The position numbers were made by a program, and so were the translations under genes. From assembly GCA_040954595.2 (NCBI GenBank), contig CM082592.2, forward strand, positions 744,001 through 808,000: a stretch of 64,000 nucleotides of DNA, given 5' to 3'. The notes beneath the pieces are model-generated. The model ran no database searches, was not told where the DNA came from, and saw only the letters and a program-made list of their open reading frames with translations. Source of the DNA: Balanoglossus misakiensis. Its lineage: Eukaryota > Animalia > Hemichordata. This document shows positions 26,801 to 39,986 of the stretch, piece after piece (within the stretch, counting starts at the first letter, position 1; every line of letters begins with the position of its first letter).

Positions 26801-29800
26801 ATCTAAAATCTAAATCATTTTTTTATATTTGGATATCTGATGATGTATGAAATTTCCATTACATGTAAAAATGGTGCTGATTATAAAAAATGCATTCTGA
26901 TTTAATACAAAATTGCGTTTTATTCGTTTTTGCACCAAAAAGGTCATTTTTAGGCAAAACATTCTTTATTTTTTTAATTCGGTGACCTGATCATATATAA
27001 ACAATTGCTTGTATGTTAAAAGTTTTTATGACTTTTAAAAGCAGTGACACTGGCGGCATTCAACACGAAAATAACAATTTTAGCCACAATTTGGTCAAAA
27101 TGGTAAATTTTTGAAAATTACAAAACAATACCTGTTTTCTACATTTTCGGAAATCTGATGGAGTATAGAATGCTCTTCGTATGTATATATCGATACAAAT
27201 TCCAAAAAAAAGACCGTCTAATTTGGCTCACTGCAGACAAAATTGCGTTTTACCAAATTTTCCTTGAAAATGTCATTTTTAGAAGAAAAAAAAATAAAAA
27301 AACCTTTGTTCTTCGAATTTGGTGCCCTGATCATATATGACATGTTGATTATATGTTAAAACTTTCGACCACTCCAAAAATGCAGATATATTGACGGAAT
27401 TCAAGAAAAAATAGCCATTTTGGCCATATTTTGACAAAAATGGTAAATTTTTAAAAAATCATAAAAAAATAACTCTTTTCTTCATTTTCCGAAATATTAT
27501 GGAGCATGAAGTGTCGTTCTTTTGTAAGAAGTGCAGCAAATTCCAGAAAAGGCGGTATAATTTGAATCACCCAAGACAAAATTACCATTTTCGACTTTTT
27601 TTTCGAAAAATTGTCTTTTTTACAAAATAAATAAGAATAAATTCTTTTCTTAGTTTCAAACGGGTAGAGATACTTTCCACAAGGGTTTTCTAACATTGAA
27701 TTCCCGTTCATCAACTCAGATTTCCTACAGCATAAGTCGGCTAAAACCCTGACACTCTAGAGCAGAAACAGTTGCACACTGGTAACGTTGAACAAGTCGA
27801 TTTTTCTATGGCCTGGCTCGGCTAAATCTACGTCACAATATGACAGACACTAGCGTACGTTAGCAACGGTGATCAAGTCAGATTTTCTACGGCATGGCTT
27901 GGATAAAGCCCCGGCACTCTAGAGCAGAAACACGCGTACAGAGACCACGTTGATCTACTCACATTTCCTTCGGCCTGGCACGGCTGATGCCCCGGCACTA
28001 TATATAGGACACAGACTGGCGTAAGTTAACAACGGTAATCACGTCGGGTTTCCTACGGCCTGGCTCAGCTGAAGCCCCGGCATTCTAGAGCAGAAACAGG
28101 CGTACATTGACCACGTTGATCAAGTCAGATTTCCTACGGCGTGACTCGGCTGGTGCACCGGCTCTATATGACACAGACTGGTGTAAGTTATCAACGGTGA
28201 TTACGGCGGATGTCCTACGGCCTGGTTTAGCTGAAGCCCCGGCACTTTAGAGCGGAAACACGCGTACATTGACCACGATGATCAAGTCAGATCTCCTACG
28301 GCCTGGCCCGACTAAAACCCCGGCACACCATGACAGACACTAGCGTTCGTTAGCATCGGTGATCAAGTCGGATTTCCTTCGGCCTGGCTCTGCAAAAGAC
28401 CCGACACTCTAGTACAAAGACGTTGGCTAAGTCGGGCACACCGAAGAGGGAAAGTCACAGCGGGTCAACACTCGACATTTGTTCCGGTAGGACTGCATTA
28501 TTGCCTGTCAATTTATAGAGAAAGCCCGAATTTAACCAGGGCGTTTCAAACACCGACGTTAGTTGGGGGCACGGCCTGCAGTACTGCCGGGTAAGCTGAC
28601 ATCGGCGTACCGCATATAATGTAGGGGGGGGGGGGGGACAGAACGGTTCAATACTACATTTATTAGATATCAGCTAATTTTGGACAATCATCTAAAATCT
28701 AAATCATTTTTTAATATTTGGATATCTGATGATGTATTAAATTTCCATTACATGTAAAAATGGTGCTGATTATAAAAAATGCACTCTGAATGAGCTGATT
28801 TTTAGTCAAAACATTCTTTATTTTATTAATTCGGTGACCTGATCATATATAAACAATTGCTTGTATGTTAAAAGTTTTTATGACTTTTAAAAGCAGTGAC
28901 ACTGGCGGCATTCAACACGAAAATAACAATTTTAGCCACAATTTGGTCAAAATGGTAAATTTTTGAAAATTACAAAAAATACCTGTTTTCTACATTTTCG
29001 GAAATCTGATGGAGTATAGAATGCACTTCGTATGTATATATCGATACAAATTCCACAAAAGACCGTCTAATTTGGCTCACTGCAGACAAAATTGCGTTTT
29101 ACCAAATTTTCCTTGAAAATGTCATTTTTAGAAAAAAAAAATAAAAAAACCTTTGTCCTTCGAATTTGGTGCCCTGATCATATATGACATGTTGATTGTA
29201 TGTTAAAACTTTCGACCACTCCAAAAATGCAGAGATATTGACGGAATTCAAGAAAAAATAGCCATTTTGGCCATATTTTGACAAAAATGGTAAATTTTTA
29301 AAAAATCATAAAAAATTAACTCTTTTCTTCATTTTCGGAAATATTATGGAGCATGAAGTGTCGTTCTCTTGCAAAAAGTGCTGCAAATTCCAGAAAAGGC
29401 GGTATAATTTGAATCACCGAAGACAAAATTACCATTTTCAACTTTTTTTCGAAAAATTTTCTTTTTTACAAAATAAATAAGAATAAATTCTTTTCTTAGT
29501 TTCAAACGGGTAGAGATACTTTCCACACGGGTTTTCTAACATCGAATTCCCGTTCATCAACTCAGATTTCCTACAGCATAAGTCGGCTAAAACCCTGACA
29601 CTCTAGAGCAGAAACAGTTGCACACTGGTAACGTTGAACAAGTCGATTTTTCTACGGCCTGGCTCGGCTAAATCTCCGTCACAATATGACAGACACTAGC
29701 GTACGTTAGCAACGGTGATCAAGTCAGATTTTCTACGGCATGGCTTAGATAAAGCCCCGGCACTCTAGAGCAGAAACACGCGTACAGAGACCACGTTGAT

Positions 29801-32800
29801 CAAGTCTGATCTCCTACGGCTTGGCTCGACTAAAACCCCGGCACACTATGACAGACACTAGCGTTCGTTAGCAACGTTGATCAAGTCAGATTTCCTACGG
29901 CATGGCTTGGCTAAAGCCCTGGCACTCTAGAGCAGAAACACGCGTACAGAGACCACGTTGATCTACTCACATTTCCTTCGGCCTGGCACGGCTGATGCCC
30001 CGGCACTATATATAGGACACAGACTGGCGTAAGTTAACAACGGTAATCACGTCGGGTTTCCTACGGCCTGGCTCAGCTGAAGCCCCGGCACTCTAGAGCA
30101 GAAACAGGCGTACATTGACCACGTTGATCAAGTCAGATTTCCTACGGCGTGACTCGGCTGGTGCACCGGCTCTATATGACACAGACTGGCGTAAGTTATC
30201 AACGGTGATTACGTCGGATTTCCTACGGCCAGGTTTAGCTGAAGCCCCGGCACTTTAGAGCGGAAACACGCGTACATTGACCACGATGATCAAGTCAGAT
30301 CTCCTACGGCCTGGCTCGACTAAAACCCCGGCACACCATGACAGACACTAGCGTTCGTTAGCAACGGTGATCAAGTCGGATTTCCTTCGGCCTGGCTCTG
30401 CAAAAGACCCGACACTCTAGTACAAAGACGTTGGCTAAGTCGGGCAAACCGAACAGGGAAAGTCACAGCGGTTCAACACTTGACATTTGTTCCGGTAGGA
30501 CTGCATTATTGCCTGTCAATTTAAAGAGAGAGCCCGAATTTAACCAGGGCGTTTCAAACACCGACGTTTGTTGGGGGCACGGCCTACAGTACTGCCGGGT
30601 AAGCTGACATCGGCGTACCGCATATAATGTAAGGGGGGGGGGGGAACAGAACGGTTCAATACTACATTTGTTAGATATCAGCTAATTTTGGACAATCATC
30701 TAAAATCTAAATCATTTTTTCATATTTGGATATCTGATGATGTATGAAATTTCCATTATATGTAAACATGGTGCTGATTATAAAAAATGCACTCTGAATG
30801 AGCTGATTTAATACAAAATTGCGTTTTATTCGTTTTTGCACCAAAAAGGTCATTTTTAGGCAAAACATTCTTTATTTTATAAATTCGGTGACCTGATCAT
30901 ATATAAACAATTGCTTGTATGTTAAAAGTTTTTATGACTTTTAAAAGCAGTGACACTGGCGGCATTCAACACGAAAATAACAATTTTAGCCACAATTTGG
31001 TCAAAATGGTAAATTTTTGAAAATTACAAAAAATACCTGTTTTCTACATTTTCGGAAATCTGATGGAGTATAGAATGCTCTTCGTATGTATATATCGATA
31101 CAAATTCCACAAAAGACCGTCTAATTTGGCTCACTGCAGACAAAATTGCGTTTTACCAAATTTTCCTTGAAAATGTCATTTTTAGAAGAAAAAAAAATAA
31201 AAAAAACCTTTGTTCTTCGAATTTGGTGCCCTGATCATATATGACATGTTGATTGTATGTTAAAACTGTCGACCACTCCAAAAATGCAGATATATTGACG
31301 GAATTCAAGAAAAAATAGCCATTTTGGCCATATTTTGACAAAAATGGTAAATTTTTAAAAAATCATAAAAAATTAACTCTTTTCTTCATTTTCGGAAATA
31401 TTATGGAGCATGAAGTGTCGTTCTCTTGCAAAAAGTGCTGCAAATTCCAGAAAAGGCGGTATAATTTGAATCACCCAAGACAAAATTACCATTTTCAACT
31501 TTTTTTCGAAAAATTGTCTTTTTTACAAAATAAATAAGAATAAATTCTTTTCTTAGTTTCAAACGGGTATAGATACTTTCCACACGGGTTTTCTAACATT
31601 GAATTCCCGTTCATCAACTCAGATTTCCTACAGCATAAGTCGGCTAAAACCCTGACACTCTAGAGCAGAAACAGTTGCACACTGGTAACGTTGAACAAGT
31701 CGATTTTTCTACGGCCTGGCTCGGCTAAATCTCCGTCACAATATGACAGACACTAGCGTACGTTAGCAACGGTGATCAAGTCAGATTTTCTACGGCATGG
31801 CTTGGAAAAAACCCGGCACTCTAGAGCAGAAACACGCGTACAGAGACCACGTTGATCAAGTCTGATCTCCTACGGCTTGGCTCGACTAAAACCCCGGCAC
31901 ACTATGACAGACACTAGCGTTCGTTAGCAACGTTGATCAAGTCAGATTTCCTACGGCTTGGCTTGGCTAAAACCCTGGCACTCTAGAGCAGAAACACGCG
32001 TACAGATACCACGTTAATCTACTCACATTTCCTTCGGCCTGGCACGGCTGATGCCCCGGCACTATATATATGACAAAGACTGGCGTAAGTTAACAACGGT
32101 AATCACGTCGGGTTTCCTACGGCCTGGCTCAGCTGAAGCCCCGGCACTCTAGAGCAGAAACAGGCGTACATTGACCACGTTGATCAAGTCAGATTTCCTA
32201 CGGCGTGACTCGGCTGGTGCACCGGCTCTATATGACACAGACTGGCGTAAGTTATCAACGGTGATTACGTCGGATTTCCTACGGCCTGGTTTAGCTGAAG
32301 CCCCGGCACTTTAGAGCGGAAACACGCGTACATTGACCACGATGATCAAGTCAGATCTCCTACGGCCTGGCTCGACTAAAACCCCGGCACACCATGACAG
32401 ACACTAGCGTTCGTTAGCAACGGTGATCAAGTCGGATTTCCTTCGGCCTGGCTCTGCAAAAGACCCGACACTCTAGTACAAAGACGTTGGCTAAGTCGGG
32501 CAAACCGAACAGGGAAAGTCACAGCGGGTCAACACTCGACATTTGTTCCGGTAGGACTGCATTATTGCCTGTCAATTTATAGAGAAAGCCCGAATTTAAC
32601 CAGGGCGTTTCAAACACCGACGTTAGTTGGGGGCACGGCCTGCGGTACTGCCGGGTAAGCTGACATCAGCGTACCGCATATAATGTAGGGGGGGGGGGAA
32701 CAGAACGGTTAAATACTACATTTATCAGATATCAGCTAATTTTGGACAATCATCTAAAATGTAAATCATCTTTTCATATTTGGATATCTGATGATGTATG

Positions 32801-35800
32801 ACATTTCCATTATATGTAAAAATGGTGCTGATTATAAAAATGCACTCTGAATGAGCTGATTTAATGCAAAATTGCGTTTTATTCGTTTTTGCACCAAAAA
32901 GGTCATTGTTAGGCAAAACATTCTTTCTTTTTTAATTCGGTGACCTGATCATATATAAACAATTGCTTGTATGTTTAAAGTTTTTATGACTTTTAAAAGC
33001 AGTGACACTGGCGGCATTCAACACGAAAATAACAATTTTAGCCACAATTTGGTCAAAATGGTAAATTTTTGAAAATTACAAAAAATACCTGTTTTCTACA
33101 TTTTCGGAAATCTGATGGAGTATAGAATGCTCTTCGTATGTATATATCGATACAAATTCCACAAAAGACCGTCTAATTTGGCTCACTGCAGACAAAATTG
33201 CGTTTTACAAAATTTTCCTTGAAAATGTCATTTTTAGAAAAAAAAAAAAAAAAAACCTTTTATCTTCGAATTTGGTGCCCTGATCATATATGACATGTTG
33301 ATTGTATGTTAAAACTTTCGACCACTCCAAAAATGCAGAGATATTGACGGAATTCAAGAAAAAATAGCCATTTTGGCCATATTTTGACAAAAATGGTAAA
33401 TTTTTAAAAAATCATAAAAAATTAACTCTTTTCTTCATTTTCGGAAATATTATGGAGCATGAAGTGTCGTTCTCTTGTAAAAAGTGCTGCAAATTCCAGA
33501 AAATGTGGTATAATTTGAATCACCCAAGACAAAATTACCATTTTCGACTTGTTTTCGAAAAATTGTCTTTTTTACAAAATAAATAAGAATAAATTCTTTT
33601 CTTAGTTTGAAACGGGTAGAGATACTTTCCACACGGGTTTTCTAACATTGAATTCCCGTTCATCAACTCAGATTTCCTACAGCATAAGTCGGCTAAAACC
33701 CTGACACTCTAGAGCAGAAACAGTTGCACACTGATAACGTTGAACAAGTCGATTTTTCTACGGCCTGGCACGGCTAAATCTCGTCACAATATGACAGACA
33801 CTAGCGTACGTTAGCAACGGTGATCAAGTCAGATTTTCAACGGCATGGGTTGGATAAAGCCCCGGCACTCTAGAGCAGAAACACGCGTACAGAGACCACG
33901 TTGATCAAGTCTGATCTCCTACGGCTTGGCTCGACTAAAACCCCGGCACACTATGACAGACACTAGCGTTCGTTAGCAACGTTGATCAAGTCAGATTTCC
34001 TACGGCATGGCTTTGCTAAAGCCCTGACACTCTAGAGCAGAAACACGCGTACAGAGACCACGTTGATCTACTCACATTTCCTTCGGCCTGGCACGGCTGA
34101 TGCCCCGGCACTATATATAGGACACAGACTGGCGTAAGTTAACAACGGTAATCACGTCGGGTTTCCTACGGCCTGGCTCAGCTGAAGCCCCGGCACTCTA
34201 GAGCAGAAACAGGCGTACATTGACCACGTTGATCAAGTCAGATTTCCTACGGCGTGACTCGGCTGGTGCACCGGCTCTATATGACACAGACTGGCGTAAG
34301 TTATCAACGGTGATTACGTCGGATTTCCTACGGCCTGGTTTAGCTGAAGCCCCGGCACTTTAGAGCGGAAACACGCGTACATTGACCACGATGATCAAGT
34401 CAGATCTCTTACGGCCTGGCTCGACTAAAACCCCGGCACACCATGACAGACACTAGCGTTCGTTAGCAACGGTGATCAAGTCGGATTTCCTTCGGCCTGG
34501 CTCTGCAAAAGACCCGACACTCTAGTACAAAGACGTTGGCTAAGTCGGGCAAACCGAACAGGGAAAGTCACAGCGGGTCAACACTCGACATTTGTTCCGG
34601 TAGGACTGCTTTATTGCCTGTCAATTTATAGAGAAAGCCCGAATTTAACCAGGGCGTTTCAAACACCGACGTTAGTTGGGGGCACGGCCTGCAGTACTGC
34701 CGGGTAAGCTGACATCAGCGTACCGCATATAATGTAGGGGGGGGGGGGGAACAGAACGGTTAAATACTACATTTATCAGATATCAGCTAATTTTGGACAA
34801 TCATCTAAAATGTAAATCATCTTTTCATATTTGGATATCTGATGATGTATGAAATTTCCAATATATGTAAAAATGGTGCTGATTATAAAAAATGCACTCT
34901 GAATGAGCTGATTTAATACAAAATTGCGTTTTATTCGTTTTTGCACCAAAAAGGTCATTTTTAGGCAAAACATTCTTTATTTTTTAATTCGGTGACCTGA
35001 TCATATATAAGCAATTGCTTGCATGTTAAAAGTTTTTATGACTTTTAAAAGCAGTGACACTGGCGGCATTCAACACGAAAATAGCAATTTTAACCACAAT
35101 TTGGTCAAAATGGTAAATTTTTGAAAATTACAAAAAATACCTGTTTTCTACATTTTCGGAAATCTGATGGAGTATAGAATGCTCTTCGTATATATATATC
35201 GATACAAATTCCACAAAAGACCGTCTAATTTGGCTCACTGCAGACAAAATTGCGTTTTACCAAATTTTCCTTGAAAATGTCATTTTTAGAAAAATAAAAT
35301 AAAAAAACCTTCGTTCTTCGAATTTGGTGCCCTGATCATATATGATATGTTGATTGTATGTTAAAACTTTCGACCACTCCAAAAATGCAGAGATATTGAC
35401 GGAATTCAAGAAAAAATAGCCATTTTGGCCATATTTTGACAAAATGGTACATTTTTAAACAATCATAAAAAATAAACTCTTTTCTTCATTTTCGGAAATA
35501 TTATGGAGCATGAAGTGTCGTTCTCTTGTAAAAAGTGCTGCAAATTCCAGAAAATGTGGTATAATTTGAATCACCCAAGACAAAATTACCATTTTCGACT
35601 TGTTTTCGAAAAATTGTCTTTTTTACAAAATAAATAAGAATAAATTCTTTTCTTAGTTTCAAACGGGTAGAGATACTTTCCACACGGGTTTTCTAACATT
35701 GAATTCCCGTTCATCAACTCAGATTTCCTACAGCATAAGTCGGCTAAAACCCTGACACTCTAGAGCAGAAACAGTTGCACACTGGTAACGTTGAACAAGT

Positions 35801-36350
35801 CGATTTTTCTACGACCTGGCTCGGCTAAATCTCCGTCACAATATGACAGACACTAGCGTACGTTAGCAACGGTGATCAAGTCAGATTTTCTACGGCATGG
35901 CTTGGATAAAGCCCCGGCACTCTAGAGCAAAAACACGCGTACAGAGACCACGTTGATCAATTCTGATCTCCTACGGCTTGGCTCGACTAAAACCCCGGCA
36001 CACTATGACAGACACTAGCGTTCGTTAGCAACTTTGATCAAGTCAGATTTCCTACGGCATGGCTTAGCTAAAGCCCTGGCACTCTAGAGCAGAAACACGC
36101 GTACAGAGACCACGTTGATCTTCTCACATTTCCTTCGGCCTGGCACGGCTGATGCCCCGGCACTATATATAGGACACAGACTGGCGTAAGTTAACAACGG
36201 TAATCACGGCGGGTTTCCTACGGCTTGGCTCAGCTGAAGCCCCGGCATTCTAGAGCAGAAACAGGCGTACATTGACCACGTTGATCAAGTCAGATTTCCT
36301 ACGGCGTGACTCGGCTGGTGCACCGGCTCTATATGACACAGACTGGCGTA
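14827..36350. repeat. ~2.05-kb macrosatellite array, segment 2 (most regular part)
   Basis: The G-tract marker occurs at ~16507, 18554, 20600, 22647, 24690, 26735, 28624, 30633, 32687 and 34737. Confidence 0.98.
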
Positions 36351-36430
36351 TTTTTTTTTTCTTTATCTTTTATTAAAAAAACTTTCAGTGTTACATTAAC
36401 ATATCAAAAAAAAAGAAACCAACCGAAAAC

Positions 36431-39400
36431 TCACATCATAGATATAATAGCTTCAAAAATTCTTGCACTTTCTGAATTATTGCATATTTCCTTGTATACC
36501 TTGTATCTCAATATGAATTCGTATTTTACCAGCACCATTAAAGGTGCTCTGGTTTCACTTAGCCAGTATTTATGTATACTCCATTTGCAAACTAAAATCA
36601 ATAAATTTACAATATTTTCTTCAGATTTCGAAAGCATAACACTTCTAATGCAATTGAAAATTATATGAGCGCTTTGTAAAACAAAATCTTTACAAAAAAG
36701 TTGCCGAATTATGCGCTCGATTTTTGCCCAAAGTGATGTGGCTATAGTACAACGCACGTACTTGTGCTCAAGAGACTCTGGTATCTTACAAAGTTCACAA
36801 TCCACACTGCTGCTCTTATTCCAATAAAACAAATACTTATTACATGGCAACAACCTGTGTAAAAGTTTCCATTGAAATTCCCGCAACTTTGTTTCCTTAG
36901 TTATTGCGTGTATGTTCTTCCAGACCGTTTCACTTTCTTTTGTAGTCTGGTTTGGTACCTCCAGTAATGTGTACCATTTGTTAAGTTTATCCACTTTTGG
37001 ACTCCTTTGTGGAATGTTCGCATAAATGGCTTTACACGTAACGTTATTGATGGAAATCCAGTGTTTTCCATCCCAAATACCGTATTTACAATTTTTCAAG
37101 GATTTGTAGAAAAAGTGAAACTTGCTACACCATTTCAAAATTACATTTCTGTTTCCTTTGATGTTTTCACTTGCACTGTACCACGCATTTAAAACCTTGA
37201 CGTAAAATTCAGGGATCGCAGACTCTAAAGCCTTTGGTAGTGATTCCCAGAAAATGTTGTGCTGAATAAGATTACATGACTGAAGGTCATCCATTTGTAA
37301 ATAATGCCATGGTATAGCAGACCAAGTGTTGCCTTTACACAAGACCAGTCTCTTGACCCATACTGCATAAAGAGAATCAATTTGCTTGTCTAAGTTGACA
37401 CATCTGATGCCACCTTTGTCATAATCACTCTGAAGTATTACATTGCTTATACTTCGTTTTCTTCTTATAAAACCATCAATTAGCTTTCGAACAACACACT
37501 TAATGCCTTCAGGTATTCCAATCACTGATGTCAAAAACAAAATCTGTGAAATTGCAAAAACCTTCGTAATCATCACTCTCCCATAAAACGTAAGCCTTCT
37601 CCTTTCCCACATTTGTAGCACCTTTTTCAGTTTATCAATCTTAGGCTCCCAGTTAAGTTTGTTACATTTCTCAGTGTCATAGCCAAAATAAACACCAAGC
37701 GTTTTGATGGGCTCATTTGTCCATTCAACATTTCCCATCTTCTTTTCACTATTTCTTTTTTTATAACCCACATTGCCTTCGTTTTCTTGTTGCTCATTTT
37801 TAAACCACCACACTGATGAAAATCATCCATAACTTTAAAAACATTTTCTAATGACCGACCATCCCTTGTAAAAATAGTGGTGTCGTCGGCAAATAATGAA
37901 ATCTTCGCTGTATTATTACCATATAAGGGGATCCCGTTGATCTCCCCGTGTTGTCTTATTTTACACGCAAGTACTTCGATCACAAGTAAAAACAATAAAG
38001 CCGAGAGGGAACATCCCTGTCGAACACCTCTATGTTATGAAAAGTATCCAGAGCACCATCCCTTATAAACAATACAACTAGAAATATTACTATATAAAAC
38101 TTCAATCCAGCGTATAAAGCCTGGACCAAAATTCATCTTTTTAAGCACGCTATACAAAAATTTCCAATTTACACTGTCAAACGCTTTCTCATAATCTACA
38201 AAAAGGATCGCTCCTTCCAAACGCCGCTTTTTAGTGTAGTCTAGAACATCGGAGATCAGGCGAATGTTTTCTCCAATAAAACGGCCTTTCATATAGCCTG
38301 TCTGATCTCTATGGATAATTGTAGGTAAAACACATTTGAGTCTGTTTGATAATGCCTTAGTGGCAATTTTGTAGTCAATGTTTAAAAGCGACACAGGCCT
38401 CCAATTATTCAAGTCATTTTCATCTCCCTTTTTATACAACAATGTAATAATACCTCTTTTTTGTGTAGCAGAAAGTTCCCCTGACGACCAGGCTTCATTG
38501 AGAGATGAAGTGACAAATGTTTTTATTTCTGACCAAAAGAAAAGAAAAAATTCGACCGAAAGTCCATCACATCCCGGAGACTTGTTAGCTGCCATGGTCT
38601 TCAAAGCGCGCAAACATTCCCTTTCCGTTAAATTACCTTCGCACTGTTCACTTTGTAGAGCTGTTAGTCCTGGTAAACTGCTATTTTCCAAAAAATCGTC
38701 AATCGACTGATGGCAACATTTTCGCTGATAGATCGTCTCGTAGAATTCTCTTTGTTCCCGCAGAATCTCGTCCGTTTTTGTCACACACTTTCCACTTCTG
38801 GTCACCAGCTCCTTAATTTCCTTTTTTCCTGCATTTCGCTTTTCTAATGATAAAAATACTTGGTATTCCTTTCTCCCTTTTCCACCCACGCTGCACGCGA
38901 TCTTATCTGCGCACCTTCAGCGAGTATGTTGTAAATATTCTCAAGGCGTTGTTGTGTTTCACTGTATTTCCGTATATTTTCATCTGATGGATTCACCAGC
39001 ATATTTCTTTCATCCGCTTTTAGCTGTTGCTCAAGCTTCGGCATTTCCTTATTGTGATCTTTTGTTCCATACCTTGTAAATTCCAATGCATATTCTTTAA
39101 TTTCTTTCTTCATGATGTCCCATTTCATCCGATTATTTTCGAATGTCTTCTCACCACACTCTCTGATTACAGATTTGACTCCGTTGACAAAGCCTTCATT
39201 TTTTAAAAGCCTATTGTTCAGTTTCCATGTACCAGGCCCTCTACAATCTGAAGCGGTCTGCAATTCCACGTAAACAGCCATATGATCTGTGTGTACAGCA
39301 GGACGAATATCCGATTTTTTGACATTCTTGACGAGGTGCTTTGAGATAAAAACATAATCTAATCGGCTATGAGTCGGTGATGGGGCCAATCTTCGCCAAG

Positions 39401-39986
39401 TAAACTGCCGTTGCCCAGGGTGGAAATTCCTCCAAACATCAATAAGTTGAAACTGATTACAAAAACTACGTAAGACTCTTCTTGATCCATCATGTGATTG
39501 CCGTGATTTCACACTTGACGCTCTGTCCAAAGTGTCGTTGAGTGCACAATTGAAGTCGCCTGCTATAATAAGATTTTCGTTATAGCAGTGAGTGTCAACC
39601 AGGCCAGCTAGATCTTTCAAGAATTCCGTTCTTTGTTTCACGAGATTCGGGGCATAAACACTACAAATTGAAAGCTTAACACCTACAAGGCTACCGTTTA
39701 TTATGCAAATTCTTCCGAAGTCGTCATTCCACACGGAATCAATGGTGAGGTCACATCTGCGCTCAATCAATATTGCCGTTCCTCTGCTATAATTGTCACC
39801 TTTCGAGAAGAATACTTTCCCTCCCCATTCTTTCTCCCAAGTGTCAATGTCTGTTCCATTTCCATGCAACTCTTGTAAAATCGCGATACTCGTTTTTTGG
39901 AGTTTTAGCCAGCGATATATACAGTTCCTTTTCGTTTTGTCTTTGAAACCCCTGACATTCAGGGTAACTAACTTCAGCGCTGCCAT
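36431..39986 (-). pseudogene. ORF2: APE endonuclease, reverse transcriptase and C-terminal zinc finger, disrupted
   Basis: Endonuclease motifs TLNVRG, LQE, YAPN, GDFN, SRLD and TDH. RT motifs KSPGCDG, NWRPVSLLN, DYEKAFDSV, GVRQGC and FADD. Zinc finger CELC..H..C. Lesions: frameshift ~38855, in-frame TAA 38035-38037, frameshift ~37767. Confidence 0.93.
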
